A stretch of 64,000 nucleotides of DNA from the human T2T-CHM13v2.0 reference genome, Homo sapiens. The stretch is from assembly GCF_009914755.1 (NCBI RefSeq), contig NC_060936.1; one strand, written 5' to 3'. This document shows, one piece after another, positions 13,588 through 25,365 of this stretch (positions are counted from its first letter, which is position 1; each line of letters starts with the position of its first letter). The notes below the pieces were generated by a model, which saw only the letters and a program-made list of their open reading frames with translations, made no database searches and was not told the DNA's origin. The translations under genes were made by a program, and so were the position numbers.

Positions 13588-14895
13588 CACTTCTTCACCT
13601 GGCTCCCAGAACTCAAATGGTATCTATTTAATTATTTCATTTTCTACCATCTGACCCTAATCATTTTGAGTTATGTAACGCAGAAGAGACGAAGAAGAGG
13701 TAGATGAAAGAAGAGTGAGGGCAAGAGACATGAGTTCTCAGTGGAAGAGAAGGACAAAGATGTGGAGGACCAGAGTTAGCAACAGTCATGAGCACTAATA
13801 TTTATCCTCCCCGTCCTTTTCTTTCCCCATGATAGCTGGGTAGTTCTTCTGGCATGTTTCAGGGTAGTCTAGGTCACAGACCGTTTGCTGACACAGGTAT
13901 GGTTGCCTCAAAGTTCATTAGATCCAGAAACAGAAGGTCTGGGTTCAAGTCTTGGTTCTGACATTTACAAACTTTCTGGCCTTGGATAAGTCACATTACC
14001 TCAGTAAGCCTGAAGTGTCCTATATCTGAAAAATCAGTTGGTAATACCTACTTCAGATAGAAGTTGTGAAGATTAAAAAAGATAATGCATGTGGAAGTGT
14101 CTAGCACAATAAGATGCATTTAACAAATTCTAATTAAATAAGTTTTCTGATTCTCCAGAGGCCAAGGACCCCATTCTGAGAGCCACTGCTCTATAGCTCC
14201 TTCAGATGTCAGCCAAGGGTCAAGTAGAAACTGGGGGGTGGAGGATCAAGTGGCAGCTTGTTGTATGTGGTGTGAAGAAATGTGTGCAGGAATGGTGAAG
14301 GAGTTGGGGACAGAAGACACAGGGTGGATAAAACCTGACGAGGCTCAATAGAGAAGACTAAATGTGGAGAGAGAAGTCCATACATCCCACCAACATTGAA
14401 AAGTGTTGATGAAGCCCTTCTTACAGTATGACTCTGGGCAAAATATTTTCGACTGAAGTTATACTCTCTGTGTAATTTAGCATCTAAGAGTACTGAGCCC
14501 AGTGCTATAGTGGCAGGGAGGAAAGGAACTGATAGAAGAAGCCATGCACTATGAGGCAGACCCAAAAGAACCCTCCTAGGTTCTGGCTGATGGTCATCTG
14601 TGACCTCAGAGCCCTGCTAGGGGGAAGTAAAGGAAGCTACCTGCTCTGGTGGTGGGGAGGAGGGGGGAGTTATCAGGGGAAAAGCTAAGAAGAGGTGAGT
14701 TCAGAATAGGGAGATTCTCAACAGCAGAGGGGAGAGAGTACCAGTGAGATACTGCGGATGCCATAAGGGCAACAGTGGATTGGAAAGAATGAGTCCTACT
14801 GAAAACCCAGATGAAAACCCAGGTCCAGCTCAGGGCATTAAACATCTTCACCCAAGATATCTGGTTCTGGCAAATGTCCCTCCCTAAAGGACGGC

Positions 14896-14898
14896 TGC

Positions 14899-14946
<48 letters not shown>

Positions 14947-14974
14947 GCGCGTGCGCGCGCACGCGCGCACACGC
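14896..14974. repeat. (TG)n/(CG)n/(CA)n alternating purine-pyrimidine tract
   Basis: Read directly; uninterrupted alternation over 14912-14974. Confidence 0.95.
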
Positions 14975-16889
14975 TCATGTGTACATCTGGTGCTGGGTTA
15001 CTGGGGAGCTAAGGATGGGAGGCAGATGGGATATGAAACAAGGATATAGGGGTGAAGAATTCATTATTCTAATGTAAATACAAAGCGTAGCTTCTGAGAG
15101 GCCTTTAGAGATAATTTGCAGGGAACTACAAGGTGAGATGTAGTTAGCGTTAACTTATCCTGCCAGCCTCCCACAGGAACTGTGAAAATTAATTAACCTT
15201 CACAAAGTGTTTTGCACATGGCAAGTTAAGGTGCTACGCCGGAGCGAGGCATTAATACTCAACATCACTGGAGCTCCAGCTAACGGCACATAGGCCAAGG
15301 CCTTCCTGCTGTGGAATACTGCTTGGTCAAAAGATTTTTTTCCTGCTTTTTCTCTCCTTTGTCCTCCCTTTTAAATAAAATCTGTTGGGATTTCAGAGGG
15401 TCTTAGAAAGTCGTCCATTCCCCTGCCTAGGCTGTAGGCAGGGGTGTGCTGAAATCATTCCAAGAAAAATGTAGCTTCTGCCTTTTGTAAATGAAAGCGT
15501 AGGCTTGGCCTTGGAGAGAGGAAATGGCATTTCTCTACAATTTAGGTACATTTCAGGAGCTTGAACTCAAGGCAGAGTTTCAGAAATGGCCCCTGGCCTT
15601 GGAGAGTTGCCATTCTGATTGCATGTGTCTTTGGGGCTGTGGTTTGATCAATTATGTCTCCCGGTTTGCAAAGTTAGATGCAAAGAGAAGGAGAATCCCT
15701 CCTCCCCATCACAGAATGAAAGCTTATAAAGCTCATGTATTCCCTATGCCTTTGGTTTTCAAGTGAAGAAAATGAGGGTCAAAACAGTGAAGTAACCAAA
15801 TTTCCAAGGGTCAGAGTAGCAGGCAGAACCCAGGCCTTGACTTGGGTCCCATGGTTCCATTCACATCACTACGATGTCTGGCCCAGCAGCCTAGGTTGTA
15901 AAATAGATAACTCCATACATTTGCATTTAGAATTGTCAGTCTTCCAAATTACACCTGGAATCTGTCAACTGGGGAGTGAGCACGAACTGGAGCAAGGTTA
16001 TGGGGCCAACAGTCCACACTGCCATGGCCAAAGAGAGGCAAGATTATGGGAGGGGCTTGACTCCCATTCCCCCATGTTACCCACATTCCCTCCCACCCCC
16101 TGCCTCAACGTGCTGATCACAGAATGAAGACCCTCAACTGCAGAAGTCTCAAGAAGTCTGCTCTTTGCAAGAGAAGAACATGGAAGCAAATTCAGCCTCA
16201 GCCAGTTTTGTGCTTGGAATGGGAATGGTAAACAGGGTTTTAGACTCCCCACTGCCCTCTGCCACCTTCTTCAGGCAGCTGCAGTCCTCTGACAGCTAAG
16301 AAGCTCTCACTAGAAAAATCCTGTTTAGAGTTTTGTTCCCCTGAAATCAGTCTCTCTCAGTCTCTGTAATTATCTGCTTATCTCTGTCTCTCTCCATCTC
16401 CATCTCTCTCACACACACGTGGGCGCATGCACGTGCACACACATACATGCATGATTAGAGTAGAGCTGAATGAAAGGAAAACGTAAGAGTTTGTAGAAAA
16501 TTCTGCAAAGGCTGTGAAATTGCCGATTGGATTTTCAAGATGGATGGTTTCTTCCAAATTAGATTCTGCTGCCTGTATAAACCAACTTTGCAGCTTTATC
16601 CTATTCTATAAAGCAAACCATTTTTTATTAGTCAGGTTTACAAATCATGCCCATGGTGTACACAGAGCACAAACCGTCCTCACTTTTCAATTTGCTCTCA
16701 GGGCAATGTTAACAATATGCTCAACATAATAATATACCCACAGAAGACATGCATTAGATTAAGTCACAACCTCGTCACCTAGAGTCCTCGCCGAGAACTT
16801 CACCCTAAGAATAGGACTAGCATTCCAGATTGGAAGGGCACCATGGGATATACCTTTTGCTGGCTGACTGATTCTGGAAGAACTGGCTA

Positions 16890-17055
16890 AAGCAGCATTT
16901 CTCAGAGTGTGGTCTACAGCCTGCCTGTATCAGAACCGCCTGGGATGTGTGTTATGGTGCACGTTCCTGGGCCCCTTCCCTGAGACGCACCGATTTAGAC
17001 TCCCTAGGGGAGGGGGAACTACCTTTTAATTTAAAAATCCTCTGGTAAATCTAAG
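16890..17055. mobile_element. MER5-like hAT-Charlie MITE remnant
   Basis: cagcatttctcagagtgtggtc...tcagaaccgcctggga resembles the MER5A terminus. Confidence 0.6.
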
Positions 17056-20000
17056 CAACCTACCATTCAAGAACTATGCAGCTGAGGCCTTCCCCAAGGT
17101 CACTAAGAACTCTGTGGAATGTAAGGACCACCTGCCAGGAATATGAGGCTTTATTTGCTGCCCTATCTGGAGGCAGGGCCAGTGACATGATGACATCTCT
17201 TCCCTGAAAAGCTTTGGGGACAGTTTCCTTGTCCTCGAGGCTCCACAACACAGGCTGCCGATCCTTAGGCTTGTGTGGGTGTGCAGGCCATCATAGCTGG
17301 GGCTGCCTGTCAGTCTGTAAGGTGCACTCCCTCCTGGACTGGACACCTTCCCAGAGCACAGGGAATCACCATGGACCGGAAGTGGCTCAATAGCAGCTGG
17401 TAGGGGCTGCAACTTAAGGGCCTGTGAGCTCCTAAGAAAGTGCCTGAGGTCTGATTCAGATGGACCAGGGAACACTGTGCAGATAAGGAGCTGATTCCAA
17501 AGAGGGCATGAGGACTGCTGCTAAGCTTGTCAAGGCCGATGCCAAACAGGCAACAACCAATGATGCCAAACAGGCAGCCAGCTGGTATTCCCAGGCTACA
17601 GAGCTGCAGAGGATTGAGCAGGAGCCCTCCCAGAGCACAGCCTAGGGCTGGCCTTTGATCTAGAAAACACTTTCCTTCAGAGCTCAAAGCACCCCACTCA
17701 GAAGCTGCCTAATTTATCCTTGCCCCCATACATTACAAATACAGACGTTAAGCCCCCACCTCAGACAAGTGAACTGGTGCCCCTGGGGTGGGACCTCTGG
17801 CATCCCAAAATGGTTCTGGTGAAAAGTCTGGATCTACTGCTGCCTCCAGACAGCACTGCTCTATGTGCCCTGGAGAGCTCAAGCTTTTGTTCCAGAAAAA
17901 GGTAAATGCAGGGGATGCTTTCCATGGCAAAGAAATTCCCAATTCTAAGTTCTCCCCAATGTCTACACTATATCCCTCATGCTAAAGTGTGAAGACCTCC
18001 ACACATCTGCACTGTGAATGCTGAAGGGACTTGCTGAGTGGAAGTCTCACCTCCCTTCCTTGGAGAGAAGTAGAGGCCCACAAGGGGCTCAAATCCGAAA
18101 TTTCTTCAACCTCTGTGCAAAAGGACAAGGGTGTGGGAGACTGAATGCTCCCAGACTCCTTTCCTGCTCCTATTTCTGATATGCAGGTTAAAAAAAATTC
18201 ATGGCTGTGAGTGAGGACTCTGGGTTGTTTCTAACAATGCTCCAGGACACTCTGAGGGGTTCTCCTGGCCTTAGCTATTGAGGGCTTGCCTAGCACTCAG
18301 CCACCTCAGTTGCCACGTCCTCCCTCCCAGGAAGTGGAGTAAATGTGAGGAGGAAGCTGGGGTGGGCCTTTTCCACTCACAGCCACAGTGCGACCTGGGG
18401 GATATGGCCCAGCCTGGGAGGCTGGGGACAGGGAGTGTGTGTCCTGCCTAACCTGCATAAGGCCAGACTCCCCCAGAGGTCAGCCTCATTTTCTCTGGCC
18501 CTGTGGGAGAAAGGTGTGTGGTCTGCACAAGGAGAAAAATTAGAGGCTATGCTGCCCATGGCAACGCTGTCTAATGTTTCATTTGCAGGAGGATTTTCTG
18601 GTCTGTCTTGTGCAGAATTTCCAGGCATCTAAGCGCTATCTCCTTGGTGTGATCATGAACTCCTCAAGGAGAGGGACTCTATGTTCCCTTTGCTTAACTC
18701 AGAGCCTGGCATGGAGGGAGTGCTGGTTCGATGCTAGCTACTGGTTACACACAGACTGTGTTCCGCCTGGTGCCTGGCCTGGGGCAGACATGCAGCAGTC
18801 GTGACTTGAGCTGTCATCCCCAGCTTCTGGGATAGGCATTCATTGAAATGTCATCCACTGTAATGAAAAGTGAGTGTGTGGAGGCGCCTGGGAGATATTC
18901 TCACAGCTCACCAGAACCCGCTCTTCTTGGGATTCCTCTAGGCTCCCTCCCAAATCAGGCCATCCCCAAGAGATTCCTCCCACTTCCTCTCTAAAACCTG
19001 AAAATGTCCCTCCCACAAACAACCTCACACCTCCAAACTCACTTTCTAGATGTCTCAGAATCACTAACCTCACCCTGAGTCATTTGCAAAGAATCCCATT
19101 TTCATATCCTATACCCTATTGGGATTTCCAGTCTCTTGTTTGATGTCTGAGTTACAAGTGCCTTTATACATAGGTCCACCAGCAAGGTGTGACCCACCTT
19201 TTTTTAAAAAATAGAAGAGACTAAAAGAGGCTCTAGTAGAAAACATCCGATGTTGCCAATAAGGAAACTGATGCCCAGAGAGGTAATGCAAGTTGCCTGA
19301 GGTTACACAGCTGGTAAGTGCCAGTGGCTGGGCAAGAGCTCCAGTCCTTCCTGCCTCCTATTTCAGTGCCCTGCTCAAAACAGTCTGCAGTTCTCTGGTT
19401 CTGCATCCAGAGAATACCTCTGGAATGGGACTGGCCAAAGAGTTCAGTGAGTCCCCAATCCCAACACAGTTCCCTAGCAGGGAGTGGGCCTTGATCAGCT
19501 GACCCCAGAGCAAGCATGGCTGGCAGGGATACTGACTGAGGATGGGCATGGAGAGGCTGGAACCTTTGGCTGAGCTAGTTTTGCACATGCAGCCAAGAGT
19601 GGCTTGACTTTTATCTCAACAACGTTTCGAGCACAATTACTAAATGAGGACAAACCACTAATACAGGCCCTTAAAGATGGATGCCAGGGCTAAGCAGCTC
19701 TCCAGCAAGTCAGGGGTACTTGTTTCTTCCTGCAGAAATGCAGGCCAGCAGAGGAGGTCCTGCAGATGAGATGCCAGGCTAAGGCTGGGTAATTGCCCAC
19801 TGTTTCAGACTGCAATTATCTCCTTAGAGAACAGAAGAATGCCTTCCTCTCTGGGAGAGACCACTTAACTTTTGCTGAGGCTCCTCCAGGTGATCAGTGC
19901 TGGGGTCAGAGAGGAGAAAGGGTGAAGTGGGGTCAGCCACTAATCTAGCCCCCTTATTTTATAGATAGGAAAACCAAGGCTCAAGAGAAGCCAAGAAATG

Positions 20001-20084
20001 TGAGCAGTCACAGAGCTAGCTGGTTGCAAAGCCACACATGACTCAAAACCAGAAACTCCTGATTCCGAGCCTCCCACTTCCCAA

Positions 20085-20212
20085 AGTTACACACTAAGCA
20101 CCTGGACACCCTGCTAAAATGCAGATTCGGTGGGGCTGGGGGCAAGACTCTGCATTCCTAAGATGTTTCCAGGTGACGCCAATGTTGCGGGTCCATGGAC
20201 TACACTTTCAAC
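20085..20212. mobile_element. MER5-like hAT-Charlie MITE remnant
   Basis: aaaatgcagattc...ctctgcattcctaa...ccaggtgacgccaatgttgcgggtccatggactacactttca. Confidence 0.65.
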
Positions 20213-20359
20213 AGCAAGTCTCTACACTGTTGTCTGGAAGGATACAGGGATCCTTAAACTTAGCCTCTGATTATATTCAGGCTCAAACTCTCCACTTCAG
20301 CCAGACAAATCCTCTAAGATTAACAAAGATACTTATTTAAAATACTAATAATTATTATT

Positions 20360-20570
20360 TTGACATTCATTGAATACTTATGTGCCAGCACTGTTCCAAA
20401 TACTTACATGCATTATTTCATTTAATACTGAAAACTCTGTGAGATGGATACTGTCCCTATCTTACAGATAAGGAAGCTGAGACTCAGAGAGGTTAGGTAA
20501 CTTGTCCTAAGTTGCACAGCTAGTAAATGGCAGACTCAAGAATCAAATTCAGTTCTGTCTGATTCTTAAT
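20360..20570 (-). mobile_element. MIR SINE (one of many MIR remnants; others near 1500, 10920, 13935, 22300, 29120, 45960, 46545, 55090, 58390)
   Basis: MIR core ttacagataaggaagctgagactcagagaggttaggtaacttgtcctaag. Confidence 0.8.
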
Positions 20571-22027
20571 TAGGTAATGGCTACATAAAAATATACCCTT
20601 TAATCCTTCCCTTCTCTGAGCTTTGGGAGCCTCTCCCCAGAATGTTCTTAACAGTTCTCCAGCCAAACTATGTTTCCTCCAGTGATACTTGTCCTCAGCT
20701 TCCTCATAATGCAGAGTCCTAAAAGTCCTTTCTCCCCAGATCTGTGTATACCCAATGGACCTCAACAAGTTATTTTTAGAGTTAAGGTCAGGGAGACACA
20801 AGACGAAAAGGAGCCGGGACTCAGAATAATGTGTAAATAGATGATCTACACAGCAAGACACATGGTGATCTTGCTCAATTAGAGGCTGCATGTTTGCTCT
20901 AAGACTATTTCAGCACAAACTCTGAAACTGCCTTCCAGGCTTTGCTGGAAGTATCTGAATGGAGGAGCAGGTGGTCTGTGGAACTGCATAGCCAAGGGAT
21001 TGTTGAGGCTTCCTACAGAAAATGAGCAAATCTCTGGGTGTGTACAAGATTTCATGGCAGAAGCATGGGGCAGGGCCTCCTCTGTATATGCTTCCAAGCT
21101 CTACTCAAACCCAGCCCTGTGTTGTAGCCTCACCTTCAGGGTTATGAACCATCCCTAGTCATACCACATCTAAGTCCATGTTCATAAAATGCGAGCTCAT
21201 GGCTGTAAATGTTTGTTAAAGGACTATGAACAGCACAGTGCCCATAACCATGCATTAATTCTCATGAAGGGACTGGTGTCTAGTGGGCTTGCCCCAGTTT
21301 TGTGATATACCTGCCTGTTCTGACTCTGGTTCAGTTCTTCAGCAGCTTCTTCAGGGCTGTGAGTGAGGAGGACTCTGGGTTGTTTCTAACAATGCTTGGT
21401 CCTGTCTCCTGGAGAGGTCTTGGAGGCAAATAGGGTAGACGAAGAGACATGAGGCCGTGACGGGAGAGAGCGGCCAGGAGGAGGGACATTCAGCAGGGCT
21501 ATAGGTCACCTTACCAAACACGCCACCTCTGCAAAGTGGGCTGATCTGGCCCTGGGGGATGGCCCAGTATGCTGGGGTCTTACTGCCTGGAGGCAAGCAG
21601 AGTGATTTTTCTTCTGGTCACAGGCACCTGGCTAGCTCACTCCCAGTCCTGGCTCTACTGTTCACAAGCTATGCCTTCTGGGGTGTACTACTTAACCTTT
21701 CTGGGTTTCCAACCCTCCGCCTGCAAAATGTGCAGATAATAAATGTGCAAAATGATAACCAGTCCCTCCTTCAAAGCGTTGTGGTGAGAACTAAATAAGC
21801 TAGTGTATAAAAAGTATTTAGAATAGTGCCTACCATATAGCTTAAAAAGGTGACGGAGAGCTTAAAAATACATATATCGTGACAGACACAGGGCCTGGTC
21901 CCCACTTTGGCAGACAGCAAAAGGAGGCATTGCACGATGTTTTGGCAGAAGATCTAAGAGAAAGTGCACCGTGTGTCTCTCTTTTTCACACATAGTTACA
22001 GAAAGCGGCTGACACTGGGGTACCCAC

Positions 22028-22174
22028 CTTTTTAGGGCACACTCCAGTTCATTCTTCTCCTCATGGGCTTCTTGGAGCTGGGAGATGATTCTGGTCAGGA
22101 AGTCTTCAAAGTTGGACAGTAAATGAGGTTCCTCCTTCTTCAGCTGCAACCAGAGCTGCTTGACATCACTTTCA
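22028..22174 (-). CDS. CRACR2A: CRACR2A coding exon 4 (aa 175-223, [26 protein letters not shown]...ECALK)
   Basis: Acceptor cttctcttgcag|T, donor AAAAG|gtgggt; 147 nt, phase 2 to 2; overlaps ORF 21862..22149. Confidence 0.97.
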
Positions 22175-24998
22175 CTGCAAGAGAAGGGACGCTCATGTGG
22201 AAGTGTGGAGATGAGGCTTCACGGGAAATACAGAGGTTCCCAGACAGGAAACTGACAGCCAGAAACAGTACCGTCAGAATCATTATAAAGATGACAGTAG
22301 CTAACGTGGACCGAATGCTTGCTGCATGTGAGGAGCTTCAAGGATATCAGCTCATTTCGTCCTCACAATAACCCTACAAGGCAGGAGCTGCAATTACCCC
22401 ATTTACAGATGACGAAGCAGGTGAAGAGAGGTGGAGTGAGCTGTCTAAGATCACCCAGCAGTCACTGATGGAGTCAGGGGTCCAGCTCAGGGCTGTCTGA
22501 CTCCGGTGTTGGCCTCCTTCCCCACCTCGCTCTGCTGCTTCTGTTCTCCCGTGGCCTTCACGACGGGCTCGTGGGGCTGGGCGTGCACAGCAACATGCTC
22601 TGGTGCATCTCCAAATGCCAGGAAGAAGACAGGAGGACAGGAGCCCAGTGCGTTTAAGGACACACACTATGGAGCTAAAGCAGAGAGCTCGTTGCCCCCA
22701 GGAAGGATGGTCCTCACTGCTGAGAGGTAAAGACGTGCCATGTGATGGATGGCAGAAAGCAATTGTCACTGCAGGAAGGGAAGAGAATATGCAGCACCCC
22801 ACTGTGGCCTAGTGGCACTAGGGATGACTGACAGGCAAAAAGAAGGGAAGGAGCAAGTCTGAAAGATGCGCACACACAGAAAGACAAGGCGAGAGAGACT
22901 TGGGAGACCCAGAGGCCAATAGACAAAGGCACAGAGGCACGTGTGTACACAGCTCAGTGACAGAGATACAGGGGCTCAGGCTGACACCCAGGGAGGGAAT
23001 GAGGAGGAGACACACATGGTGGACCCTGTTCTCCCTTTCTGGGGAAACTAAAAAATCTGTGGCCAATGATCAAGCTAAGTTAAACATAAATCTGAAAGAG
23101 GATAGGTTTTAATTCAATAAAAGTTAATAATTTCTCACAGCTAGCAGACAGTAGAGTGTTATAGCATCAAGTTTGAAAGTTATATAATAATAAACAGTAG
23201 AGTTCAAGTGAAATTTCACAGGCTAGTTTATTATAAATTATCAATTAAACTTTATTCTAGCAAAGTAGAGAATAAATATAAATCTTATCCCGCAAACAAT
23301 CAGGCTTTTGATTTTTTTAAATTAATGGGCACATATGTATTTTCCAACACTTTTTTCACATCTATATAACAAGATGTAATAACTAGCTCAGTTCATTGTC
23401 TTCTCAAAGTCTTTTGTTACTTAAATATTCACTCTGTGTCTTAATCTTTCAAGTTTCCAGCTATTGAAAATATAAGTCCTTCACCTCCTTCCATCCTTTC
23501 AACATAATTACATTTTGATTTTTTACTCTGTTAAACTTTGAGACTTTATGTAATGTATATTTCACATTTAATTAATTTAACCTGATTATGGAAAATCGCT
23601 TATGACCCTCGTTTTATGAGGATAAAGTTATCTGTATGCCTATACTTCTCTTGAGCTCTTTCCAAAATTTGCTTGTCCATTACAGTCATCTGCACCTTGA
23701 CAATCTGCCACCAACAGATTCCTGTTGGCTCCCCAGGAATCCTCAGGATAAAGAATAAAATTATCTGTGCTTGTATAACAAGCATTATATTTTAGAAATT
23801 TTCTTCGGAAGTGATATTTGTTAGTGTCATGCTAGCAATGCCCCTGTGGTATAGACATTACTCTCTGCACCCTGCAGAGAAGAGGCCCACTGAGAAATGG
23901 GTGGTGACCTCCCATCCCTGTGGCAGCTTGCTCCCTGCTGTGGTGTGAATGTTTATATCTCCTACAAATTCATATGTTTAAATCCTAACCCCCAACATGA
24001 TGGCATCAGTAGGTGAGGCCTTTGAGAGGTGATTAGATCATGAAGGCAGAGCCCTCACAAATGGGACTAGTGCCATTGACACTGTGTTCTATAATTAGTA
24101 TTGTTTTAAAACTCTGTATGCTAACTCCCAAATATGATATTAAATAAATGTTTATACTATTATGACTACATAAATAATACCCCTGGAGAACCAGGACTCT
24201 TCCTAAAATTACGCCATTATTTGTTTTACTTCCTTTCCCTGTCCCACTTCCCCAAATCCCTTGCCAGTTTCTTCTGGGAGTACCTCACTAATAAATCACT
24301 TTAAGACAAAAACCACAAAAACAGAAACGTAAATGTGACTTGTCTTCCATTAAATTCCAGAAACAGAAGATCTGAGGATAGCTCTGACAAGGAACCCTCA
24401 GGAGAAGGAATAAAATCCTTTGTGCTTGCGTTATTAAGCATTATATTTTAGAAACCTTATTCAGAAGGGATATTCAATAGTGCCATGCTAGCAACGCTCT
24501 TGGGAAATGGACATGACTCTCTGCACCCAGCAGAGAAGAGGACCACTGAGAAATAGGCCCACCTCTGATCAGTTATCTGGTCATCTCTAACACTTCATCC
24601 CTCTCTCCCTCCTTTCCTTGCTCCATCACTTCCACCAATTCTTTCTTCTATCCCATCCAAACATCCGCGTACTTATTTAGACCATCCATCCATCCATCCA
24701 TCCATCCACCCACCCATTTCCTTATTAACTCAACAAGTATTTATTATGATCTGTTGTAAACCTTGCACTGTACTGGATGTCATGGGTGAATCTGGGAAAT
24801 GGGAGAAAAGGAGGTAAGGAACCTCTCTGTTTCTCAGAATGAGTTCCATTCCTCCCAGCCCCACAACACACACACAGCATGTTGTGGGGGTCTTATTTCA
24901 TCCTATAGGTAAAATTTAGATGTGGCAAAGGGTTCAGAGATAAGAGGGTCTCAGAGAGACACCATGGTGACCTCCCATCCCTGTTATAGGTTGTTCCC

Positions 24999-25365
24999 TG
25001 CTGTGGTGTGAATGTTTATATCTCCTACAAATTCATATGTTTAAATCCTAACCCCAACATGATGGTGCCAGAAGATGAGGACTTTGAGAGGTGATTAGAT
25101 CATGAAGGCAGAGCCCTCACGAATGGCACTAGTGCCCTTATAAAAGAGGCCAGAGGAAGCTCATTCACCCTTCCTGCCATATGAGGACACAGTGAGAAGA
25201 CAACTGTCTGTGAATGAGGGAATGTGACCTCATCAGAGAGCAAATCTGCTGGCACCTTGATCTTGAACTTCCTAGCTTCCAGAACTGCCAGAAATAAATT
25301 TTGGTTATTTATATAAAGTACCACATCTATGGCAGGTATTACAGCAAACCAAATGGACTGAGACA
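24999..25365 (+). mobile_element. ERVL-MaLR solo LTR (MLT1A-like)
   Basis: tgctgtggtgtgaatgttt...cttccagaactg..aaataaa...aatggactgagaca; TG...CA ends. Confidence 0.85.

Noticed and set aside
24859-24889. 10-bp stem ccccacaaca/tgttgtgggg
   Set aside because: Short, low-complexity and built around a CA run; plausible by chance.
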